A stretch of 62,989 bases of DNA, the filler included, from Hausera hauseri (taxonomy: Eukaryota): assembly GCA_046269625.1 (NCBI GenBank). It is 10 parts of 10 records of this genome, joined end to end, with 100 filler letters (N's around TTAATTAATTAA, not from the genome) between each part and the next. Parts side by side here need not be neighbours in the genome. Positions count along the whole stretch, not along the records: positions 47,834 to 53,811 come from JBJURY010158978.1; positions 53,912 to 58,434 come from JBJURY010541786.1; positions 58,535 to 62,989 come from JBJURY010572450.1; 7 more parts are not named here. One strand, 5' to 3'. Position 1 is the first letter of the stretch, and every line of letters begins with the position of its first letter. Below the pieces are notes generated by a model that was given only the letters and a program-made list of their open reading frames with translations, made no database searches and was not told where the DNA came from. A program made the translations under genes and the position numbers. This document shows, piece by piece, positions 48,641 to 61,560 of this stretch.

Positions 48641-49199
48641 TATCTATCTCAAAGATATATCCCGTTTCAGTATCACACTACATATTATGCTTCATTCCTG
48701 GCATATAATTTGGACTGGACATCCATTTCGATTACTCATATTTACTGTGTATATGTGAATTTTTCTTTGATTACTCATTATTTAACAACTACTGACGTGG
48801 GACACATGGTACACATAGATTCGGATACGTTGGACCATGACATGTTGTTTGCACAATCACTCGACAGAAACACAATCTCAAAAATTTTAAATATTTCTAA
48901 CGCAAAATTAATTTGTGCTCAAACTACTCATCGGATAAACTCTGATCAGATATCAATCGATAGAGCTTACCGAATACTACTCAGCGAAATATATAAAAGT
49001 CCCATATTATATTTGGATTTTGAGCAGTACTGAAGTCAAAATTAATTTTTTGCTCAGTTTTCTATTCATAACCCCTGCCCGTATGCTCCAATGCCGGCAA
49101 AATTAGATTTGTTTGACTAGTCTCATTGACATGCATCAAATAACATCTCAACCAGCTCTATCGGACTCTTTCGAGCTGAAATATAACACATCACTGAAA

Positions 49200-49627
49200 A
49201 GCAGGAACTGAGTCAGAACCGGCATACCTTTTACAGACAGTAAAAATAACCAAACATGCTATATACCATCAGAACCGCGCTGACACACCTAGGTCGACTA
49301 TGAAGAGAAAAATACAATATGTTTCTTGGTTCCGACGCAATTCTCCGAAACCATTTTTTCTTTAAGGTCAATTTCTGAGTCCCCTGAGAAAATTTTCGAT
49401 ATTTTTAAAATGGTCACTTGAGCACATGATGGACTGCGCAATTTTCGCGAGCAAAACTACGTAACGTCAAGTGTCTTGTGCTCACAACTGCGCAAAATGT
49501 ATCGGAAATACGCAAAATTCCATCGGAATTGGCGCAATTCGATCGGAAATGATGCAGTCCATCATGTGACCAAAAGTAGGAGAGGGGAGGAGGATGCGTG
49601 AGACAGAACCGGCGTTTTTCTACTACT
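49200..49627. mobile_element. Polinton/Maverick terminal inverted repeat end
   Basis: Ends ...CAGAACCGGCGTTTTTCTACTACT; about 1 kb from a pPolB fragment; internal direct and inverted repeats. Confidence 0.72.
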
Positions 49628-50099
49628 TTTGCAATTCATTGTTTAATGTATTTCTACAGAAAATGTATATTTGTTCTAATTATGAACCAATGGTTATTAC
49701 TTAAAATCTGTACTGTAAGGAATATTATTCACCATAGGTTAACTCTCATTATAACTTTAATGTAGTGTGTCGCTTAATTGGTGTACTTTTGGGTAACTTG
49801 AGCTCGCTTCATAAAACCAACAAAGTAATTAAATAATAATTTCATTTAGAATTTTTGACACCAAATATATTCACCCAATGCTGCACTGGGTGGACAACAC
49901 ACTGTAGACGTATCAGGTGATTATCCATTAAGTGAAGCAGATTCACAAATCGCAAAAGGATGAAAACCATAAATAATTATTTAATTAAGAAGCTTTCAGT
50001 TACAGATTGACGTCATAGAAATAAACTAAAAAGACTTTGTCATGTACACAATTAAAACCATTTAAAAAAGTAGAAAGTATTTCATGTCTATTGCATTTC

Positions 50100-51510
50100 T
50101 AACAGCAATATTATCTTGTTTATAAGTTTCACACATTTCAACAAGAGAATTCGAAACCATTCTATTTAACTGCGGCGCCATAGCAACGGGACAAACTGAT
50201 GGCAAGTTTGGTAATGATTTTATATATGTCGGATGAAAAAGCGGTTGTTCACAGTAGTAAATCGGACAATCAGCAATTGATACTGCGACTATCGAATTAA
50301 AGTTTAGTGGACACGATTTTGCTGCATCACCAGTCGCTGATGTGTAATACGCATTTTCAACGTTGCAACTAAAGTCCGTTAAAGTTCAAAAGCGAAGTAA
50401 ATACATTTATACAAACCTGAAAAATCCTCCGAAATTTTTTTAATCCGGATCCCGTGGATCAGTATCTTTGGTTACGCATAAATACGTACTCTGAAGTAAG
50501 GATATTTCCCTATAACCATATGGGCATTGAGTAAAATCGGTGGGTATTATTCCACCAAATATCCATCCACTTTTATTCAATCCCTTTACTTTTGGAGCAC
50601 ACCAATAGACAATATAAATTGATTCAACATTACATGTTTTATCAAAATTTTTCTCCGAGTAAAGTTTCACCGCATAAAATTCTGTCGGACAGGAAAAGTC
50701 TCCGGTCAATCTATTAACTTGTTGATATCGACGGCAGAATTCCGAAAGGCCATTGCAAATAGTGTATAGCCCGCCAAAACTCGACGACACCTCAATCGAA
50801 TTACAAATACCATCATCGACATTCGCATTTGGATTAAAATTCGATGCATATATATTCATGCACCCGGCAAGTAGGTTCACTGTAATACTCCGCCGTAACC
50901 TTATTCACGATCGATTTTGCTTGTTCAATGAGTTTATTGCTTAATTCAGGAAACGTGTATTGTGTTATAACGCTGCTGATGAGGTTTCCAGTTCGTTCTA
51001 TAATTGCTGGATGTTGATAAATTGTATTCTGCCAAGAGACCCCATTGAAATCATGTAGCGAACTGATACCACCAATTAGGATTATGTCATTCCTTATGAC
51101 ATTTCGTGAAAATTCATCGGATTGAGCTTGAGTAACTACTGTATTTAATTTATACGACGATTCCGCATTAATCTTTCTAAGAAAATTCGCTTCTGCAATA
51201 ATCGTTATGTTGTTTGAGATAACTGTATTTTGGATTTGTTTCATATAACTGTAACTAATGATTTTGTTCTCTCTGTACAAGCCACCAGCATTGATTGACG
51301 TAACGATGTGTGTTCCAAAATTACTTAGTAATTGTTTTGTAGCACACATGGCACTTGTTGAGTCATTATTCCTCAAATAATTGGCTATGCCAGTCACTTG
51401 GGTTTTGAAAAGCGAGGTTACTGGTGCTTCAGCATCAAACGCAATCGTCGCAAATATGTTCTTGTATTGATTACTTATCAAACTGGACCGCGTTGTGATC
51501 TGAAACAAAA
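50100..51510 (-). pseudogene. MPEG1: MPEG1/perforin-2-like MACPF protein pseudogene fragment
   Basis: FGTHIVTSINAGG (MACPF signature), GCMNIYASNFNPNANVDDGIC, SFGGLY..C, NRLTGDFSCP, YWC, IFGG, CPYGY, FFGGFF; frameshifts. Confidence 0.88.
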
Positions 51511-53911
51511 ATTGATTGAAGTTTTACGAAGAAATCTTATTTGAAATAATCTGCAGTTTTTTATACTTCGTAGTTCCAATAATTTATTTTTGTGCTTATA
51601 GTTCGTGAATGAGTGTAAAATTATTGTCCAATTAAATTTCAATATTGCTAAAGGTAAAGACATGGCCTACGTTGCTATAAAAATTTCAACTGTAAACAAA
51701 AATATACATTTTTGTCACTACGAAGTCTTAACAAATACACTGTAGAAAAATTTAATGAAGCTTAACGAGTTCTCTGATGCTGTTCGTTAGTAAACACGTT
51801 TCTGCATTTTTGTGCATAAAATCATTTATTTCGATGACAAATTTAGGAGCATCAGACCTCACTATCTTCAGGATTTATCGATAGTTTGGGTATTCTGTAT
51901 CTTTTACCTGGTTCAACGCGAAGAGATCACGGAGGAATTCCCTTTTACTTTCACTTCGGCAGACATATATCAACTGCAGGTCGTCTTTGAAAAACTGAGT
52001 TGCTGAAATGCTTTGTCATATAGTTAGTTGAGAGCAACTGATGATCGTATGATAGTTCCTTGCAGGAAAACCCTTTTCGTGAAAATAATACTCAAGAAGC
52101 AATTTCAGAGGGAAACTCCTACAAAAACTAACGTACATCCAATCAAATTAGTGCTGTATCCAGCGGCACTCTCATCGATTTGTTTGTGTGGTAATGCATT
52201 ATTTGCAAATTTAGGCTCAGCAAATTTGGTTACGAAATTCAAAAATGATGTAGCTGTAGATGATAGATGTAGAAATATTTTCAGCAAAAGTAACCGTCTA
52301 ACTGATCTTGACACCGAGTTTTGTTAAGGTAGCAATGCTACCGGGATAACAGTAAAGATGCTGACCGATATATTCTCGATCATACATTTCAGAACCGCAT
52401 AAAACATATCCTTTGTCTCTCAAGCAATGATGCGATCAAGAACAGGATCGTCTTCATTTTGTTATGGCAAAGGGATATTTGCCGAAATCTTTCTCATCAG
52501 TCAATAATTTAAGAACTGTTTTCTAACCATTTACAAATATTTTTAAATTTTCATGTTGTTTATAAGAAAGCGCCAATACTGTAAATAATATGCTCAATCG
52601 ATTGATCAGGATTTTCTTCGACTATGATTTTCAAAAAATCACGGTTAATGATACTTTACCCATCAGATCTTTGTTTATTTTTCAGAGTAAAATTTGATAA
52701 GTTGTTACTTTCATAACCTCCAATACACTATTGATACTTCTTGTTGATCAATTATGAAATCCGTATACCACACAATTGCATGTCTCATGAAGTTTTCCAA
52801 ATCAGAATTGTCATCAATAACTTTTGAATTTGTTTTTATTATGATGTTGCTGTTAAACATTTTATATACTTTATTTAAAAATATATAATACGAAGAAACT
52901 CCTTATACATGTTTCATCTACTCCGTTTGTAGGAGCACAACATTAAGTAAAATCAAAAACATACTCTGTTCGATAAATGCACACGTATATTATACAGTGT
53001 AACTCTTAACATATGCAATATAAAATACATTAAAATCCACATTAAAATTAAAATAATAAGGAGGAATACTGTTCATTTTTATATTTTCCCCACAACATGG
53101 TTCGGATATATTAGCCATCGTCAGGTGGATCTGTAAATTATTTGAACAAAATTACATTTCGAATTGGTAAAAGATGTCGATTCAATTTCCAAATTTGGCG
53201 TACTTTTGTATATTTTTTTTCAAAAGACTTTAACCTAATTCAAGCATTCTAACTGAATATTTAAATTTGGTTTTTGGTCCCTGATTCGCGGCGCTTCACA
53301 AGTTACCCTCTCATCATAACTTTGGAAATTAGAATTTTAAATTTTGAATTCTGATAAATCTGTTTGAAATTTTCTATTTTTGCAAATGTTCTTATGACTA
53401 AAAGTTGATGAATTTATACTTCTTTGACCATGCTCTCCAACTTTAGTTCGAAGGTGACGGTTTATTTCTCGAATGTACGAACATTTACATTCAGGACATT
53501 CAAAATAATGAACCGAATTGAAAAGAAGAACTAATAAATGTACAAGCTGAATCTAAGAACTACTTCGCATTGTAGCATGACTACATCTGCTATAATATTT
53601 GTTGTTTTCCATGCAGGCACAAGCCCAACTATGCACCAACGAATTTTAGATAATTAAAAATGATGAAAATTGTAAACTCCTTGATTTACTTTAACTTTAC
53701 TTTGCTCTAATGCAGCGGCTGAACAACAGCAATTCTACTTTAGTCTTTAATAAATTTATTTGTCCCTTCTTCGGCAACATGAAACACACAAATCCGTAAT
53801 AAATAAATATTNNNNNNNNNNNNNNNNNNNNNNNNNNNNNNNNNNNNNNNNNNNNTTAATTAATTAANNNNNNNNNNNNNNNNNNNNNNNNNNNNNNNNN
53901 NNNNNNNNNNN

Positions 53912-53919
53912 AATAATAA

Positions 53920-53988
<69 letters not shown>
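53912..53988 (+). repeat. (AAT)n microsatellite
   Basis: About 25 units at contig start. Confidence 0.98.
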
Positions 53989-53989
<1 letters not shown>

Positions 53990-54444
53990 CTTTATTTTCA
54001 AAGGGTTGAGAATTGGGCACACTGGCCCGTCTTACATTCTGCCCTTCCTGTCTTACACTCACTCAACATCTCACACATTCATACGTAATTGGTTACATTG
54101 ACATGCAGAGATTCATATATAAACAAATATCAACAACAAATCCTAACCAACTTAGACAAACAATACAATAATAATGGGCATATTGTGAGATTAATGCATC
54201 ATTCAGTTGTAAATATCATCAAAAGCAATTGTTTAGCATATACCTTTCGTCATCTTACACATAAGTAGCTTAAACTTACCATTCATTATCTTGTATATAA
54301 TTAGTTACATTGACCTGCAAATAGACAACAACATGCAACCCTTTCTTAAGATACACACACCGTTCATAGACTCACTTGAGTAAACTACCTTCATGGAAAT
54401 ACAACTGCTCATGTTACATCATAATTCGTTTGTGGCTGCATTAA

Positions 54445-57089
54445 CTCTTTCTGTCCATGATTTTTTCCTTGCTCCGCCATAATTTATTTTGGGACTAGTT
54501 TCTGGTGGTAGGGGGTACTCCATAATAAAGTCATTATTTTTATAAGTATGTGCATGTACCTGTATGTATTATATATGTAAGTGTGTGTAATTGAATAAAG
54601 AATGTGACTATTACAAAATGGTGTTGGTAATAAATGAATGGAAAGGGTTATTTAAAAAATATTGAGGCATGCAAATTATAAAACATGAAAAAATTGATAG
54701 AAAAATATCAACTTACCCAAGGCCCAGACACATAAACTTGAACAAAACTTACTCATCAGTGTTGTAACATCAAGGTAATCCATATTGGGAATGAAACAGC
54801 ACAAAACACACACCAAATAAACACATTTTGTGAAATTACACACTTTTTCATGGACCAGGTGAAAAACCACTTGAAGCAAAAAAAAAACAATTATATACAC
54901 CACACTGATTACTGACTACTGAATGGCATTTTCCATATCAGAATACACAAAAATATAACACAGATTTTGTACAAGTAATGTACAGATTATTTACAAGCTA
55001 ATAGCCATTATTTACAATGTAGATTTGCATGCCAGGGCTTGAAACATTCTAGATGCATCCGTGGTTGGCCGTCGCATCCTTCGCACACATAAACAGTTCT
55101 TTTCACTTTCTTTGGTGTGCTACACACCTTGCATCGACCATCATATTTTGTTTTTATAAGCACATGTTGAGTGCCTTTCAGTTGTTCAGTCATGTTCACA
55201 TTTGTAGGTGGCCTTCCAGGTCTTGATGGAACCATTATATCTGCAGCTGACATTGTCTTGGCTGCTAATTCTACGAGCTGATCTATCAGTATCTGTTTGA
55301 ATTTTTTTAGTGGCATTTTCTTGGATCCCTGTGGCCTAGTGAGCATATACAAAATATGAGCATTATGGCAACAAATCTCCATGATCCAGTAATACAACTT
55401 TTTCCACCATTTCATGCTCTTCCTGATGTGGATACCGTAGTAACCAATCATCTGGTCAGCTTTATCACAACCGTTCATGTTCATGTTGTAGTTGTGAATA
55501 ACCTCTGGCTTCACTTTATTCTTGTATGTCACATCCCCTGCTTGACCATTAGAAGTGATTACCACCACAGGCTTTTTTGCCTTTTTATCCTTCCACGCTA
55601 AGCAAAGAAGCTTGTCATCCGGTGATAGCCAGTACTGACTTTCCATATGTTGAAGTGTAAGGCCTTTCAGTGCGGAGGGAAATCCTACTCTGTTGTGCTG
55701 CACTGTGCCTGTATAATACAGCTTCTGTGACAACAAGAAGTCTACTAGTTTTCTTGTTGTATAATACCTGTCAGCATAAACATGGTAACCACTACCAATA
55801 CAGCCCAATAACGTGCTGAAGATTTTGACGGCACTTCCACTGTCGGTATCACACTCCGGGTCATATGATGTGTCTGATCCATAGTAAGTCAGCAGATTTA
55901 GGACATAGCCACATGAAGAATCTACAAGGCCAAAGCTTTTTATGTGGTATTTCTTTGGTTTGGAAGCATTGAACTGCTTATACTTCCAGCGACCCTTGAA
56001 TCCAACAATCATTTCATCAATAGACACATTGGAGAATGGAATAAATGCGTCGGTAAAATTTGAGCACAGCATTGTGATAAATGGCTCAATTTTATTCTTC
56101 CCGATAGCATCTGCATCTCCTACATGGAACATCGTGTGGTATATTGCCTCGAATCTTTCTCTTGCAAACATTTTACGATAAAATGGAGTATAGAGGCTCT
56201 GGTGTCATGAAAAGTAGTCATGTACTTCGGGTCGTCTGTCCACCCCCATGGAATTTATAACAGCGATGAATTTTATAAACTCATGCTTAGTTATGGGTTT
56301 CCATTTTCCATAGACTGATTGTTCTTTTGATGGAGTATTTACATGCACACGTGTTGTTGCATACTCATTGATACTGGAGATTATATACTCCATCACATTG
56401 TCTGTCAACAAAGCCAAAAAACAGTCCAGTGGAGTTGATGATTCTGTGGCATATTCAGGGTTCACTCCAGGTGTTGTTTTGCCACCCTTGGCTTTGGGAA
56501 TAAAACGAAAATTATTATTAGTTGTTCTCCCCTCATCATTTCCAATAAATTCCCAGTCAGCAGGATGATCGGGTGTATCTACAGGCACTATTTTTGCACG
56601 TTTTGCATTCGATGGCCCTGGCTGGGACAACGCCCCCTCATCACTTGAAAGATCCGATGATTGTGTCGAGTCTGAATATTTTTCACTGCCAGATGAGTGA
56701 GATGACATGCTATCTGAGAATTCGTCATCAGATTCCATGTTTTCAAATAAATTTAGCGCTTTTGCAGCAGATTTTCTCAAAGGAGGCCTAGATGTTGAAG
56801 GAATGCGACCAGCCATGTTGCCCTGCTGTTTACACGCAAATCGAAACTAATTACTTACACAAAATGAGTAAACTAATCACACACGTCTTTCACCACGCTG
56901 TACAAGCATTAGAAAGGAACGGAAGAAGCTTTCCGGAAGTAAATTCTAGCAGTTTAAAATACAGGGGTTAGTCTAAAGGACGAAACAAGGTTCGTCTAAA
57001 TACCTGTATGAAAACAACGATGTCAGCGTGACTTCGTCGAAAGTAGCTACACGGAGCAATGGTCCTAGCGTTGCTCTGGAGGGAAAGAG
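54445..57089 (-). mobile_element. Full-length piggyBac transposon with TTAA TSDs
   Basis: TTAA at 54441-54444 and 57090-57093; imperfect TIRs CTCTTTCTGTCCA / CTCTTTCCCTCCA. Confidence 0.9.
55008..56816 (-). pseudogene. piggyBac (PGBD4-like) transposase, ~602 codons with one in-frame TGA at 56205-56207
   Basis: Acidic Ser-rich N-terminus; SIDE, KPKKY.IK, ADRYYT, YN.NMNGCDKADQ, KWWKK; C-terminal CKVC..CEGC..H..CF..WH. Confidence 0.93.
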
Positions 57090-57516
57090 TTAAAGAAAAT
57101 TACTTTTCCCACTCAGTGACTTTGAAAGTGATTTTTTCTGTCACCAAAATGGGTTTTGATATGATATTGTTGGATTATTTAACGCAGCCTTCAGAGAGAG
57201 TAGATTGTTCTTCTGAACAACAGCATGGTTGAAAATATTACATGGATATACTGCCCAAGTCATGCATGCATTAAGAGGAACAAGAAGGCAAACAGTCTGC
57301 ATGTAAAAGCAGTCGCTGAGAGTGTACTGTGAAGTCTATTTCACGCCTAAAGGCAATTATGTAGGAAAATGTGGAGTTAGTGTTCAGATTTTTCCTTGAC
57401 ACAGCACATGATTGGGTTGTGTTGTAGCATAACGCCAGGTCGCTGAAAACTGACATACCACAGCATTAACATACATCTCACAGCCTGAAAAGTTACATAT
57501 AGTTTGAAAAACTTAC

Positions 57517-57653
57517 ATTCCACGGCTTGCTTGAGCTGGTCCACACTATTGCAAATGGGCTTGATCCGTCCAAAATCCAAGAACAACTCCAAAGGTATGA
57601 ACTTATCCGAGTCCATGTGCTGGTTAAGAAACTTATCGTTTGGAAGATTTTCA
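57517..57653 (-). CDS. Exon encoding part of a La-motif domain (LARP4-like)
   Basis: TTTACAG|...|GTAAGT boundaries; ENLPNDKFLNQHMDSDKFIPLELFLDFGRIKPI. Confidence 0.72.
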
Positions 57654-57888
57654 CTGTAAACAGTAACAAGTGATGGAATTTATGAGAGGCAAAACAAATT
57701 CCCTGATAAAGTAAATACCAATTATCACACACAATCAAATTTCCATTATCGAAAGTCACACTAAGCAAGGAATGAAGATGATGCAGAAAATAGGAACTGC
57801 TTTTCACAAATCCATAATGTTCACAGCGGTTGATTACATGTAGGTACCTGAAGAGGAACAGGATATAAAATAATGAAATCAAACAAAC

Positions 57889-57963
57889 CCAGTCTTTATA
57901 GATGAATCCAAGAATTCCAGTAAGAAGTTCCACAATGAATATGATTCCTAATGAAATCATAAA
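57889..57963 (-). CDS. 75-nt exon encoding tetraspanin TM3 (TSPAN5/14/17-like)
   Basis: TTTCAG|FMISLGIIFIVELLTGILGFIYKDW|GTTTGT; resembles the TspanC8 TM3 segment ending KDW. Confidence 0.75.
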
Positions 57964-60699
57964 CTGAAATGACAAAAATAAATGCAGAGTGTAAACGGAC
58001 TGTAAATACACTTTATGTATATTTTCTTCCTTACACTGAATTGTTTTGTATAATCAGTCACTAGATTAGTCATTAACTTCTGAATTCATATTGACTAAAC
58101 TTTATTACTGTTTAACCATCCTTCTTTGATTTCTGTATTTACAAACTGATATCCTCCCATGCCCTTGACTTCTGTATTTACAAACTGATATCCTCCCAAG
58201 CCCTTTACTGATAGTCATATCAATGTGACTGAACATACTAAAATGCATATAAACAATATTTCTAATTAAAAGAGGATACCAAATAAATTGCAAAAGAAAC
58301 TGCTAAATACAATTGTTTCTCTCCTTGAGTGTATGTATTCATGACAGTGTGCATTAATCAAGTCACTTTCTGCAGTGTGTTGTTCATTTATTCATTCTTC
58401 TATTATTTAGAATGGCCATAAAATGAACTCAAAGNNNNNNNNNNNNNNNNNNNNNNNNNNNNNNNNNNNNNNNNNNNNTTAATTAATTAANNNNNNNNNN
58501 NNNNNNNNNNNNNNNNNNNNNNNNNNNNNNNNNNGAACAAGTAAGGATTTTGTTACATCCGCGCGTCTTCGTTTCTTTATTGTTACAAACCTTGCCAACG
58601 TATTAATGAAGATACGATGTATCAGCATTCATCTCTGTCTTGACTTTTTCCTTTGTTCATGACCTTAGTCTTGGAGATCTTCATCCACCTTGTCTTTCCA
58701 TCTTTTTCCTGATCTTCCCGTTGGTCTTTCACTCTTCTCTTTCTGTTTGTGAACTTCTTCGAGTTTTTTTTTCTTTTCTTTTTTTCTAACACGGTTACGA
58801 CATTCCTAATTTACCACTAAAGGATTCATGTCTCTGTAAAGATTTTTTGTATTTAAATACGTTACATATTATTTCGATTCTGTTGACAAATATCATGTCT
58901 GTCTACCTGCCTACCTCCCTACTGATCAACCAAACAGCCACCTAACCAACCGCCTGACTGTCTATCTGTCTTGTCTGTTAATATATCTTATATTTCGTAT
59001 ACTTACTGTCTGCTTGCCCGTCTGTTCATTTATCTAAGATCGTGATTGGCATACTGAAGTGACATTTATTCTGAAAACGTGCAACATAAGGAAAATGAAC
59101 ATTTTGTAAGATAAATATGAAGTGTATCTTTAATTAACCACCGAATATGTTGAATATAATGTCCTCCCCCATGGTTATTATTTCTATTGTCATTATATTT
59201 GCATTTCAGATACCAATGTTTCCAGGCTAAACCCAACGGAATGTTGCTGACGCACGCATCCTCCCTTGTTTAACTTGTTTAAGATCAAATAAAAATTCCT
59301 AAAGTGACTGCGTCTCTTCCTCAGTTTAACCACAGACTATGTATGGTTTAACATCAAATAAAAGTGTATAACGTGCCTGCGTCTTACCATGTCTAACAAC
59401 AAATAAAATGAATATTTGCATAATTGTTTCTTTTGCATTTCAATAATTTTATTTATTTTTTTTTAACTATTGCTTCAGTTCTGTTTAGAAACGTTTATTT
59501 GCTATCTGCCTACGTGGCAAACTACTAACCTAACAATCAACTATAAAAAAAATACCAACCACTCAACCATCTAGCACACCGTTCGACGTATCTGCCTGCG
59601 AGTTTGCCTATTTGTTGATGCTTCCAGCCGTACATTTGTCTCAATGTATAAAGTGAGCACACACATTATCTTCTATAGTGACTTGCAACCTTGACAAGCT
59701 TATGGTAGCTAGAACAAGGCATCACAATGTTTAACATACCTGAGTGAAGGTGCTCAGCAGACTTTCATTCCTTAATTGTCACAAATGTGTCATACATTTA
59801 CTCACTCATGAAGGATTATCTCTTTGAAGTCTACATTTGGTAAGAAAAGCATGAAGATGCCAATATTTAATATGGGCGACCACAAATCGATAGGATGTCT
59901 CTACAGTAAATTAGTCGTTGACGACTATGGTCAAGCTACAGTTCCCTTTAACACTTAAACAGCCGTCAATACCACGTCATATTTCCTTGTGCATAATAAT
60001 GATTTCCTTGCGACATAGTTTCCCACCATACTGGAAATATTTATAAAAAACTAACTTAAGACCTAATTTTTTTTGGAAAGCGGCAAGCTCAAAAAAAAAC
60101 ATAAGAATCAATAAACCACGCTGAAGGAAATATTTCAAGTTGCTGTTTTAAAAATATGTAAACAACAGCACAGTAATCATCATGGCAGTCATTTTTAAAA
60201 TTAACATATCATAACTGAAGTAAACCTGATCACTAGCAAGTGTGCAGTTAATTTATTTTTCGCTCTCGATCCAAACAAATATTTTGACATGATGTTTCTA
60301 AGTACATGGGCCAATAAAATATGGACAAAATGTGGTGAGGAGTTATATTTCATTCTTCTTCTCCTCTCGTTCATGTTGATTTATATCTGCAGACGTGTCT
60401 CCCTAATGAACTTCACAGTGTTTATAATTCATTACACTGCCACAAATGTCTATGGCTTTGTTTCAAAACACCTTATTTCTCACTGAGAATACGAGAGATA
60501 CAAAGTCTGTTATAATCAGAAATAAAAGCCATTTATAATGCAACGTAAAGCAGACTACTTATATACCACATACCCTGCCTGATGCACAATTCTCCCATCG
60601 TGACAAACATATCGTTAAGACATTAGAATCGTGTTTTCTTATATCTTAATTGCACTTGAAATGATGATGTGTTTAGCACCACACCTGTCCGTCTATACA

Positions 60700-61560
60700 T
60701 TTGCTCCCCATAAGCATGCATAAGCATAAAATTGATGATCTAAACCACCTCCAGTACCCCTATGAAACACAGCCTTAACAGAAAATATGACCCTGTCGTG
60801 ACCCTAAATCACCCTCAGCCCTCTTATGATGACCAATCTTAACAGAAAATATGACCTTGTCGTGAACCTAAACCCCCTCCGACATCCCTATGACACCCAA
60901 TTTTAACCAAAAAAATGTAACCCTTCCTTGACCCAGGCGGCTACCGTAATCATCCATCAGCATGAAGAAGACCACCTAAATCACCTCCAGTACCCTTACT
61001 ATATCCAACCTAACAGAAAATATGACCCTTCAATACCCCAGCAGGCTCCCGTAAACATGCATAAGCATGAAGAAGACGACCAAAACCACCTCCAGCACCT
61101 TTATGAGAGCCACCCTTAACAGACAATTTGACTCTTCCATGGCCTTAAATCACCCAATAGCACTCTTTTGATGACCAATCTTAATAGAAAATATGACCCG
61201 GCCGTGACCCTTAAACAGCCTCCAGCATCCCCGTCACCTGCGGATGACCCGCCCACCTAACCCCTAAATAACCTTGACAAGCTACGGAGAATACCCTCTC
61301 GTCATCCGTGGATGACTCCAGCACCTTGATAACTACCCGATGATCACTTGATGAGCCTTAGTGAACAACTGTTCACCCTAGAATGACATGCCCTTGGAGA
61401 AACTCACCCGAGAATGACCTGATGACTCTTAGTAAACAACTAGTCACCCGAGAATGACTCGACCTTGGTAAACAACACCGACGGATGACTTGATATCTCT
61501 GACCTCGACGACCCTGTGTGAATGACCGGCTGAGTCGGTGACCTCGCTGCGACCCACTGA
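60700..61560 (+). repeat. Degenerate composite minisatellite
   Basis: Recurrent AACAGAAAATATGACC and AAA(T/C)CACCTCCAG blocks, then GATGACT-type units. Confidence 0.7.

Noticed and set aside
53856-54062. Poly-tyrosine ORF
   Set aside because: Translation of the (AAT)n microsatellite running into the spacer
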